A DNA stretch of 64,000 bases. Source: an uncultured Chloroflexia bacterium (GTDB taxonomy: Bacteria > Chloroflexota > Limnocylindria > Limnocylindrales > CSP1-4). Shown here one piece after another: positions 38,280-45,802 of this stretch (positions are counted from its first letter, which is position 1; each line of letters opens with the position of its first letter). Position numbers and translations under genes: made by a program. The notes beneath the pieces were generated by a model. It was not told the DNA's origin, searched no databases, and saw nothing but the letters and a program-made list of their open reading frames with translations. Where the stretch lies: contig CAWIDI010000003.1 of assembly GCA_963834915.1 (NCBI GenBank), forward strand, positions 359,759 to 423,758. Reading direction: 5' to 3'.

Positions 38280-39224
38280 ATGGACGACGCCGAACCGCGG
38301 ATCCTGTTCGTGGGTGCCGTGCTCGAGGGCCACCGCTGCCTCGAGGCGCTGGTCGATGCCGGCGAGCGCGTCGACGCGATCGTGACGATCGACCCCGAGC
38401 TCGGCGCGACGACCTCGGGCTGGGTCCCGTTCGACGACCTGGCCGCCCGCCTCGACGTGCCGCTGCTGACGGTCCGCAACCTGAATCGGCCGGAGGAGGT
38501 CGCCCGGGTCGCGGGACTGCGTCCGGACCTCATCGTCGTGATCGGCTGGACGCGGCTCCTCGGGGAGGAGCTGCTCCGCCTGCCCCGGCTCGGCGCGGTC
38601 GGGTTCCATGCCAGCCTGCTGCCGCGCTATCGCGGCCGGGCGCCCGTGAACTGGGCGATCATCAACGGCGAGTCCGAGACGGGCAACACGATGTTCTTCC
38701 TCGACCCTGGCGTCGACACGGGCGACATCATCGACCAGCGGGCGATCCCGATCGAGGAGACCGACGACTGCGCGACGCTCTACGAGAAGGTCGCCGACGC
38801 CGGCACCGCGATGCTGCTCGAGCACCTGCCCGCGCTCCGCGCCGGGACCGCGCCGCGACGACGCCAGGACGAGCGGCTGGCCACCGTCATGCCGCGCCGC
38901 CGTCCCGAGGACGGACGGATCGACTGGTCGCGTGGCCGACGAGCGCTCTTCGACTGGGTCCGGGCCCTGACGCACCCGTACCCAGGCGCCTTCACGGAGC
39001 TCGGCGGCCGGCGCCTGTTCATCTGGCGCGCCGAGACGGGCCGCGAGGCGACGGCGGCACAGCCCGGGACTGTGCTCGACGGCCCGGATGGCAGCATCGA
39101 GGTCGCGACGGGCGACGGGACGCTGCGCCTGCTCGCGGTGCAGTGGGACGGCGAGCCGGAAGGCGGCGCCCAGGAGCTCCGGCCATTGCTGGGCTCGATG
39201 TTCGAGCTGGGGGCGGCCGCATGA
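38280..39224 (+). CDS. Formyltransferase-fold protein, long (N- plus C-terminal domains, Fmt/ArnA-like), non-canonical active site
   Basis: This is the last 314 aa of the 442-aa track ORF, starting MDDAEPRILFVGAV. It has FHASLLPRYRGRAPVNWAIINGESETGNTMFFLDPGVDTGDII. Gly (codon 38601-38603) again replaces the canonical Asn two residues before the His. A C-terminal domain is present (LFDWVRALTHPYPGAF). Confidence 0.7.
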   Translation: MDDAEPRILFVGAVLEGHRCLEALVDAGERVDAIVTIDPELGATTSGWVPFDDLAARLDVPLLTVRNLNRPEEVARVAGLRPDLIVVIGWTRLLGEELLRLPRLGAVGFHASLLPRYRGRAPVNWAIINGESETGNTMFFLDPGVDTGDIIDQRAIPIEETDDCATLYEKVADAGTAMLLEHLPALRAGTAPRRRQDERLATVMPRRRPEDGRIDWSRGRRALFDWVRALTHPYPGAFTELGGRRLFIWRAETGREATAAQPGTVLDGPDGSIEVATGDGTLRLLAVQWDGEPEGGAQELRPLLGSMFELGAAA

Positions 39225-39880
39225 GGGCCCTGGTCGTCGCGGCCCATCCCGACGACGAGCTGCTCGGGCCGGGCGGGGCGATCCTGCGCCATCTCGCCGC
39301 CGGTGACGAGGTCTCGATCCTGGTCGCCTGCACCGGCACCAACCTGCGCTACGAGGCGCCCGAGGCGGACCGCCTGACGGCCATCGCGCGCCAGGTGGCC
39401 ACCGGCATGGGCGCGACGATCGAGTTCGGCGACCTGCCCGACCAGGGACTCGACCTCCGCTCGCTGACCGAGGTGGCCGCCGTCATCGAGGCGCGCATCG
39501 CGGCGGTCGATCCCGAAGTGGTCTACGTCCACCATTGGGGCGACATCAATCGCGACCACCGGATCCTGTCCGAGGCCACCATGGTCGCGACCCGGCCCTA
39601 CGCCGCCCCCGGGGTCCGGGCCATCCGCTGCTTCGAGACGCCGTCGTCGACCGAGTGGGGTTCCGCGGCCGGGTTGCCGCCATTCGTGCCCAACCTCTTC
39701 ATCGAGATCGAGGCCGTCCTCGACGCCAAGCTCCAGGCCTTCGCCGCCTACGAGTCCGAGGTCCGCCCGTGGCCGCATCCGCGCTCGCTCCGCGCCCTCG
39801 AGTCGCGGGCGAGGCACTGGGGCTCGGTCTCGGGGAGCCCGGCGGCCGAGGCATTCGTGGTCGCCAGGGAGCACTGGTGA
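39221..39880 (+). CDS. PIG-L/LmbE-family N-acetyl-sugar deacetylase
   Basis: ATG 39221 overlaps the previous stop (ATGA). MRALVVAAHPDDELLGPGG is the family signature, and HHWGDINRDH is also present. Confidence 0.8.
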   Translation: MRALVVAAHPDDELLGPGGAILRHLAAGDEVSILVACTGTNLRYEAPEADRLTAIARQVATGMGATIEFGDLPDQGLDLRSLTEVAAVIEARIAAVDPEVVYVHHWGDINRDHRILSEATMVATRPYAAPGVRAIRCFETPSSTEWGSAAGLPPFVPNLFIEIEAVLDAKLQAFAAYESEVRPWPHPRSLRALESRARHWGSVSGSPAAEAFVVAREHW

Positions 39881-40479
39881 GGCGACTCGTCGACCTCGCG
39901 CTCTCGGTCCCGGCGAGCATCATCCTCGGCCCGGCGATGTTGGCCCTCGCCGCCGCGATCCGCGCGGAATCGGCTGGACCGGCCATCTTCCGCCAGGTCC
40001 GCATCGGCCGGGACGGCGTGCCCTTCACGATCCTGAAGTTCCGGACGATGCGCGACGACGTGGCCGCCCAGACGATCCAGATGGGCGGCCGCGAGGATCC
40101 GCGCATCACCCGGCTCGGTGGCCTCCTGCGCCGCACCCGGCTCGATGAGCTGCCGCAGCTGATCAACGTGATCCGGGGCGAGATGACGCTCGTGGGTCCG
40201 CGCGCCGAGGTCCCCCAGTTCGTCGATCGCTACACACCGTCCCAGCGCGAGGTCCTGTCCGTGCCGCCGGGGATCACCGGGCCCGGGCAGCTGGAGTACG
40301 CGCGACGGTTCGAGCCGCTTCTCGACGGCGCCAGCGACCCCAACCAGGTCTACGTCGAGCGCATCCTCGGCCCCAAGCTGGAGATCGACCTCGAGTACGT
40401 CCGCCACCGCTCGATGGCGGGCGATCTGCGGATCCTCGTGCGGACCGCGCTGCTCGTCCTGGGCCGCGACCGGGGCTGA
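39877..40479 (+). CDS. Small monotopic phosphoglycosyl transferase (bacterial sugar transferase, PglC/WbaP-C-terminal type)
   Basis: GTG 39877 overlaps the previous stop (GTGA). It is 200 aa with one N-terminal hydrophobic helix. Motifs are GPAIFRQVRIGRDGVPFTILKFRTM, LDELPQLINVIRGEMTLVGPR and PGITG. Confidence 0.85.
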   Translation: MRRLVDLALSVPASIILGPAMLALAAAIRAESAGPAIFRQVRIGRDGVPFTILKFRTMRDDVAAQTIQMGGREDPRITRLGGLLRRTRLDELPQLINVIRGEMTLVGPRAEVPQFVDRYTPSQREVLSVPPGITGPGQLEYARRFEPLLDGASDPNQVYVERILGPKLEIDLEYVRHRSMAGDLRILVRTALLVLGRDRG

Positions 40480-40564
40480 TCCCGCGGGGGCCGGGATGGT
40501 GCATCCAGTCACCGGAATGCATCGCCCGTGCCCACCGCTCCGCACAAGAACGGCCGTATCCGAT

Positions 40565-40599
40565 GGACTTTCGGGGTAGCCATCAAGGGCCGAAAGTCC
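40565..40599 (+). promoter_or_regulatory. Perfect 10-bp stem / 15-nt loop hairpin inside a 378-nt lower-GC leader
   Basis: GGACTTTCGG-ggtagccatcaaggg-CCGAAAGTCC. It lies 258 nt upstream of the CapD-like start. Weaker hairpins sit at 40479-40497 (ATCCCG/CGGGAT, directly after the upstream stop) and 40655-40674 (AACGGT/ACCGTT). Confidence 0.5.
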
Positions 40600-40856
40600 T
40601 ACGTTAGCCATGCCTTCGGAAGGGGACGCCGAGGGCCGGGGGGTCAGGTCCACCAACGGTCGGGCCGCACCGTTCGCCACCGGAAGAAGGGGGCATCGAT
40701 GCAGCAGAACGATGATGACGAGTACCATCCAGTCGACGACGCGAATGCGTTGTCAGCGGGAATGTCAGGTCACCTCTTTATCATCCCGACCTGCCGGACC
40801 CGATCGCGGGCTCCATTTCATCCATCTCATCCGTTCCATCCCTAGCGAGCTCCGCC

Positions 40857-42869
40857 ATGACCACGATTGATCTGCGGCGTCTGTCGCCGTCAGGGATCGT
40901 CCACCGGTTCCGTCCGAGTCGCGTCGCCCTGCGAGCACGCCACCTGCTGGCCATCGATCTCGCGACCACGGTCATCGCCGTGTACGTCGCCCTCGCGCTC
41001 CGCTTCGACGGACTGCCCGGGATCGCGGCCATCGCGGCGTTCCTGCCGGCCGCCCTGCTGCCGATCGTCATCCGGCCCATCACCAACGCCGGGTTCGGGC
41101 TGTACCGGCGGCTGTGGCGTTACGCCAGCGTCGCCGACCTCATCCAGATCCTCATGGGCGTGACCGCAGGTTCGCTCGTCTCGATCGCGGTCTTCTACTC
41201 CGCGCTCCGACCGGCCGAGATCGGCGGCACCATCGGCTTCCCGCGCTCGTTCTGGGTCATGGAGTTTCTGATCAGCCTGGCGCTGACGGGCGGCACGCGG
41301 TTCATGATCCGGGTCTACGGGGAGTGGCGCTCCTACGCCGACGCGGTCGACTCCACCACTCGGGTCCCGGCGCTCCTCTACGGCGCCGGCCGGGCCGGCG
41401 CGACCATCGCCCGATCGGCCATGCGCGAGCCCAAGGCCGGGGTCCAGCCGGTCGGCTTCCTCGACGACGACCTCCGCCGCAAGGGCCAGAGCATCGCGGG
41501 CGTGCCGGTCCTCGGCAACCTCAACGAGCTGTCCCGGGCGGTGGCCGCCACCGGCGCGAAGATGCTCCTGATCACGATGCCTCGCGCCTCGGGCCCGGTC
41601 ATCCGCCACGTCATGGAGGCGGGCGTCGCCGCCGGCCTCGAAGTGCGCACCATCCCGCCGTTCCTCGACCTCATCGACGGCACGATCGACGCCTTCCGCG
41701 TCCGCCGCGTCCGCGTCGAGGACCTGCTCGGCCGGACGGTCGCCTCGGACCATGCCGAGGGCGTCGACGACCTGATCCGCGACAAGGTCGTGATGATCAC
41801 CGGCGCCGGCGGCTCGATCGGATCGGAGCTGGCGCGCCAGGTGCATGCCCTCCGCCCGCGCGAGCTGGTCCTCGTCGACCGGGCCGAGAGCCCGCTCTAC
41901 ACGATCGAGCGCGACCTCGACGTCCGCGGCCTGCAGCTGCGCGGCGGCGGCCGGATCACGACCTTCCTGGGCAACGTGGCCAGCCGGGCCGTGATGGCCC
42001 GCCTCGTCGCCAACACCCAGCCGGACGTCATCTTCCACGCGGCCGCCTACAAGCACGTGCCGATGATGGAGAGCTACCCCTCGGAGGGCGTCCAGGTCAA
42101 CATCGGCGGCACCCGCTCGATGCTCGATGCCGCGATCGCGGCCGGGGTCCCGCGCTTCGTGCTCGTCTCCACCGACAAGGCCGTCGAGCCGAGCAGCGTG
42201 ATGGGCGCCACCAAGCGCGTCGCCGAGGCCCTCGTCTCGGCCGCCGCCGCGGAGACGGGCCGCCCGTATGTCTCGGTCCGCTTCGGCAACGTGCTCGGCT
42301 CGGCCGGCAGCGTGGTGCCGATCTTCCAGCACCAGCTGGAGCACGGCGAGCCGCTGACCGTCACCCACGAGGACATGACCCGCTACTTCATGACCATCCC
42401 CGAGGCCGCCTGGCTGATCCTCGACGCGGCCTCGATCGGCCGCGCGGGCGACCTGTTCGTCCTCGACATGGGCCAGCCGGTCAAGATCATGGACCTGGCC
42501 CGCGACCTCATCCGCCTCTCGGGGCGGCCGGAGGGCGGCGTGCCGATCCAGATCACCGGCCTGCGCCCCGGCGAGAAGCTGCACGAGCAGCTCTTCTACG
42601 CCGCGGAGCAGATCCACTCGACCGAGGTTCCCAAGGTCCTGCGCGCCGTCGGCGACGGGATCCCCTACGACATCCACATCCGGGCCGCCCGGATCCTCGA
42701 GGCCGCCACGGGCGCCCGCGATGCCGAGCTGCGGATCTCGCTGTTCGACCTCGTGGACTCGCTCTCGGCCGCGCCGGCGACCCGCGCCCGTCCGACCCTC
42801 GTCGCCGACATCGCCCTGCCGCGGGGGACCGAGGACCTCGAGCCGGCGGTGACCGCGTCGGCCTCATGA
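40857..42869 (+). CDS. Membrane-bound nucleotide-sugar 4,6-dehydratase (CapD/PglF/WbpM family)
   Basis: 670 aa with 4 N-terminal TM helices and two Rossmann regions (LLYGAGRAG; VMITGAGGSIGSEL). Motifs are HAAAYKHVPMME and STDKAVEPSSVMGATKR. Confidence 0.85.
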   Translation: MTTIDLRRLSPSGIVHRFRPSRVALRARHLLAIDLATTVIAVYVALALRFDGLPGIAAIAAFLPAALLPIVIRPITNAGFGLYRRLWRYASVADLIQILMGVTAGSLVSIAVFYSALRPAEIGGTIGFPRSFWVMEFLISLALTGGTRFMIRVYGEWRSYADAVDSTTRVPALLYGAGRAGATIARSAMREPKAGVQPVGFLDDDLRRKGQSIAGVPVLGNLNELSRAVAATGAKMLLITMPRASGPVIRHVMEAGVAAGLEVRTIPPFLDLIDGTIDAFRVRRVRVEDLLGRTVASDHAEGVDDLIRDKVVMITGAGGSIGSELARQVHALRPRELVLVDRAESPLYTIERDLDVRGLQLRGGGRITTFLGNVASRAVMARLVANTQPDVIFHAAAYKHVPMMESYPSEGVQVNIGGTRSMLDAAIAAGVPRFVLVSTDKAVEPSSVMGATKRVAEALVSAAAAETGRPYVSVRFGNVLGSAGSVVPIFQHQLEHGEPLTVTHEDMTRYFMTIPEAAWLILDAASIGRAGDLFVLDMGQPVKIMDLARDLIRLSGRPEGGVPIQITGLRPGEKLHEQLFYAAEQIHSTEVPKVLRAVGDGIPYDIHIRAARILEAATGARDAELRISLFDLVDSLSAAPATRARPTLVADIALPRGTEDLEPAVTASAS

Positions 42870-44053
42870 CCGACGTCGCCGCTCCCTTCCTGCCGTTCGC
42901 CCGGCCATCGATCACCGACCGTGAGCGCGCGGCCGTCATGGAGGTCCTCGATTCCGGCTGGTTGACGACCGGACCGAAGACCAAGGCCTTCGAGGCCGCG
43001 TTCGCGGAACGCGTGGGCACGAGACACGCGATCGCCCTGAACTCGGCGACCGCCGCGCTCCACCTCGCCCTCGACGCCTTCGGGGTGGACGAGGGCGACG
43101 AAGTCATCGTCCCGACGTGGACCTTCGCCGCGAGCGCCGAGGTCGTCGCCTACCGACGCGGCAAGGTCGTCCTGGTCGACATCGAGCGCGAGACGCTCAA
43201 CGCCAGCCCGGAGGCCATCCTCGCCGCGGTCACCCCGCGCACGAAGGCGGTGGTGGCGGTCCACATGGCCGGCCGGCCGATGGCGATCGAGACGCTCGTC
43301 AGCGAGCTCGACCGCCGCGGCATCCCGGTCGTGGAGGACAGCGCCCACGCCTTCCCCAGCCGGATCGGCGGACCTGGCGGTCCGATGGCGGGGACCGTCG
43401 CGCGCGCCGGCGCCTACTCGTTCTACGCGACCAAGACCATCAGCACCGGCGAGGGCGGCATGTTCGTCACCGACGACGATGCGGTCGCCGAGCGCGTGCG
43501 CCTGATGTCCCTGCACGGGATCAGCCGCGATGCCTGGAAGCGCTACACGGCCGGCGGCTCGTGGTACTACGAGATCGAGGACGCCGGGTACAAGTACAAC
43601 ATGACCGACATGGCGGCCGCCCTCGGTCTGGTCCAGCTGGACCGCGCGGAAGAGCTGCTCGAGTCGCGCCTCGCGCTGGTCGAGCGCTACCGCCGGGCCT
43701 TCGCTGCGGCCGCCTCGGCGGACCTCCTGGAGCTGCCGACCGACGCGGACGACGGCTCGCACGCCTGGCATCTCTTCGTCGTGCGGCTCCATCTCGACCG
43801 GCTGCGCATCGACCGCGCCGCGGTGATGGATGGCCTCGCAGCCGCCGGCATCGGCGCCAGCGTCCACTTCATCCCGCTCCACAAGCATCCGTACCACCGC
43901 CGCGTCGGCGGCTGGACGCCGGCGGCCTTCCCCGTGGCCGAGGCCGAGTACGAGCGCGTCATCTCGCTGCCGCTCTGGCCGGGGATGACCCCCGACGACA
44001 CGGACCGCGTCGTCACGGCCCTCGACGGGATCCTGTCCGCCGCTCGCCGCTAG
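42866..44053 (+). CDS. DegT/DnrJ/EryC1/StrS-family PLP-dependent sugar aminotransferase (PglE-like)
   Basis: This is the last 395 aa of the 979-aa track ORF. ATG 42866 overlaps the previous stop (ATGA). Motifs are PFLPFARPSITDRERAAVMEVLDSGWLTTGPKTKAFE and YSFYATKTISTGEGGM (PLP lysine region). Confidence 0.85.
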   Translation: MTDVAAPFLPFARPSITDRERAAVMEVLDSGWLTTGPKTKAFEAAFAERVGTRHAIALNSATAALHLALDAFGVDEGDEVIVPTWTFAASAEVVAYRRGKVVLVDIERETLNASPEAILAAVTPRTKAVVAVHMAGRPMAIETLVSELDRRGIPVVEDSAHAFPSRIGGPGGPMAGTVARAGAYSFYATKTISTGEGGMFVTDDDAVAERVRLMSLHGISRDAWKRYTAGGSWYYEIEDAGYKYNMTDMAAALGLVQLDRAEELLESRLALVERYRRAFAAAASADLLELPTDADDGSHAWHLFVVRLHLDRLRIDRAAVMDGLAAAGIGASVHFIPLHKHPYHRRVGGWTPAAFPVAEAEYERVISLPLWPGMTPDDTDRVVTALDGILSAARR

Positions 44054-44111
44054 GCCTCGGCCACCTGCGGCTGCACAAGGCGCCCGGCCGCCCGACGGGA
44101 GGAACGACGCG

Positions 44112-44834
44112 CTAGGTGCGGTCCTCGCCCGAGCTCGTCGGCCTCGTCAGCACGAACGCCGCCACGACACCCACGGCCAGGCCGATCAGGCCGGCGACCA
44201 CGGTATTCAGGATGGTCCTCGGGCCGACCGAGGACGCCGGGGCGGTCGCGGGATCGACCAGCGTGAGCGTCCCGGGTCCGATATCGGCGCCGGACGACGA
44301 TGAGGTCGCCTCGGGTGTCGCCTCCGGTGCCGCCGATGCTCCCGGTGCCAGGCTGGCCGAGGCGCTCGGCCGCGGCGTGGGGCTCGGGGTCGCGCCGGGC
44401 GCGGCGACGGGCGGCGTCGCGATGAGGACGAGCTCCCTGGCGAGCGCGTTGGCGATGTCGGCGGCGCCCTGGGCCGTCTCGGCGGTGCCGGTCACCTCGA
44501 TGAACGTGCTCGACGCCGGGGCGCGGACCCGGAAGGACTTGCCGAAGAGCACCGGGTCCATCGGCGGCGTCACGAGGTTGGCCGCGGCGGCGACGACGTC
44601 CCCGCTGGAGGCCAGCACGACGTAGGTCTGCGCCATCTCCTTGGCCGCGAGGATGTCGTTGTAGTCGATCTGGTTGGTCGTCAACGACTGCCCGACCAGC
44701 ACCCGGGCGGTGGCCTCATAGGTCGGCGGCGTGAGCAGGCTCACGACGAGCCCGACGGCGGCCGCGCTGATCGCGCAGAGCGCGAAGAGCCAGGCCCAGC
44801 GGCGAGTGAAGATCAGGGTCGAGTCGAGATCCAT
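44112..44834 (-). CDS. wzz: Wzz-like polysaccharide chain-length determinant (PCP, no kinase domain)
   Basis: 240 aa with TM helices at both ends (WAWLFALCAISAAAVGLVVSLL; ILNTVVAGLIGLAVGVVAAFVL). The motif PTYEATARVLVG follows TM1. There is an Ala/Pro/Ser/Thr-rich insert. Confidence 0.65.
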   Translation of the reverse strand: MDLDSTLIFTRRWAWLFALCAISAAAVGLVVSLLTPPTYEATARVLVGQSLTTNQIDYNDILAAKEMAQTYVVLASSGDVVAAAANLVTPPMDPVLFGKSFRVRAPASSTFIEVTGTAETAQGAADIANALARELVLIATPPVAAPGATPSPTPRPSASASLAPGASAAPEATPEATSSSSGADIGPGTLTLVDPATAPASSVGPRTILNTVVAGLIGLAVGVVAAFVLTRPTSSGEDRT

Positions 44835-44947
44835 CCGGTATCAGTATCCCCTGCGAGTTCCGGCGGAGTATACAAGCGACCGTCGTGCTCGCAGGCAACG
44901 GTCGGCGGTGTGCCCGGCGCGTCGCGCGGCGGCGGTCGCGGCCCAGG

Positions 44948-45802
44948 TCAGTCGGGCGACGGCCCGTGGCCCGCCTCGGCGAGGCGCTCGTCGTAGCGGC
45001 GGTCGCGCCAGGCAAGGGCAGCCTTGAGTCCGTCGCGACGCACGATCTCGTCCCATTCGCGCTGCTCGGGCGTGTCGGCGGCGTTGATGATCGCGCCCAG
45101 GTCGAGGCCGGCCTCGACCGCGGTCCGGAATCCGGCGGCGTCCATCGCCCGGTTCAGCATCTGCTTGGTCAGGGCCATGACCTCGGGCGGCGTGCGGGCC
45201 AGCCGGTCGGCGAGCGCGTCGACCTCGGCTGCCAGCCGCTCTACCGGCACCACCCGGTTGACCAGGCCGATCCGCTCCGCCTCGGCGGCATCGATCAGGT
45301 CGCCGGTGAAGAGCAGCTCGCGGGTCTTCTTCTGGCCGATCAGGTACGGCATCAGGAGCGTCACCGGGGCCGATCCGTAGCGGATCTCGGGCTCGCCGAG
45401 ACGGGTGCCCTCCGCGGCCACGATCAGGTCGCAGGCCATGGCGATCTCGAGGCCACCCGCCAGCGCGTAGCCGTGGACCTGGGCGATGACCGGCTTCGGG
45501 CAGTCCAGGACCCGGAGGGTGGCGGCGACATCCGTGGCGAGGAGCGCCCGCCACTGGACCGGGCCGTCGACCCCGCCCTCGACCTCCTCGCCGAGGTCGT
45601 AGCCGGACGAGAACGCGCGACCCGAACCCTCGAGCACGACGACCCGGACCGCCGGGTCGGCGATCGCGGCGTCGAGGGCGGCCACCAGCGCCGCGACCAG
45701 CGGACCGGAGAGCGCGTTGAGCTTGGCCGGCCGGTCGAGGATGATCCGGACGCCCCAGGGCGTCGGCGTGGTCCGTACGAGCGGGTCGTCAGGCTGGGTC
45801 AT
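44948..45802 (-). CDS. Enoyl-CoA hydratase/isomerase (crotonase) family protein
   Basis: 284 aa. Motifs include RPAKLNALS, VVVLEGSGRAFSSGYDL and AQVHGYALAGGLEIAMACDLIVAA. Confidence 0.85.
   Translation of the reverse strand: MTQPDDPLVRTTPTPWGVRIILDRPAKLNALSGPLVAALVAALDAAIADPAVRVVVLEGSGRAFSSGYDLGEEVEGGVDGPVQWRALLATDVAATLRVLDCPKPVIAQVHGYALAGGLEIAMACDLIVAAEGTRLGEPEIRYGSAPVTLLMPYLIGQKKTRELLFTGDLIDAAEAERIGLVNRVVPVERLAAEVDALADRLARTPPEVMALTKQMLNRAMDAAGFRTAVEAGLDLGAIINAADTPEQREWDEIVRRDGLKAALAWRDRRYDERLAEAGHGPSPD

Noticed and set aside
40572-40583. Possible ops/JUMPStart-like element (CGGGGTAG versus the ops core GGCGGTAG) in the hairpin loop.
   Set aside because: Only 6 of 8 positions match. RfaH/ops is a proteobacterial system, and no NusG paralogue is in the window. 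This is too weak to claim.
40699-40845. 48-codon ORF (MQQNDDDEYHPVDD...HPSHPFHP) with GAAGGGGG 6 nt upstream, considered as a protein-coding gene.
   Set aside because: Third codon positions are frequently A or T (GAT, CAT, CCA, TCA, TTT, TCT), unlike every confident gene here, and there is no recognisable motif. I kept it only as a possibility within the leader-region finding.
40890-44115. Minus-strand ORFs 40890-42677 and 42665-43897, and plus-strand off-frame ORFs 41114-44053 (N-terminal part) and 43117-44115.
   Set aside because: They are shadows or off-frames of the CapD-like and DegT genes and have low-complexity Arg/Gly/Asp/Pro content. Only the last 395 aa of 41114-44053 are real.
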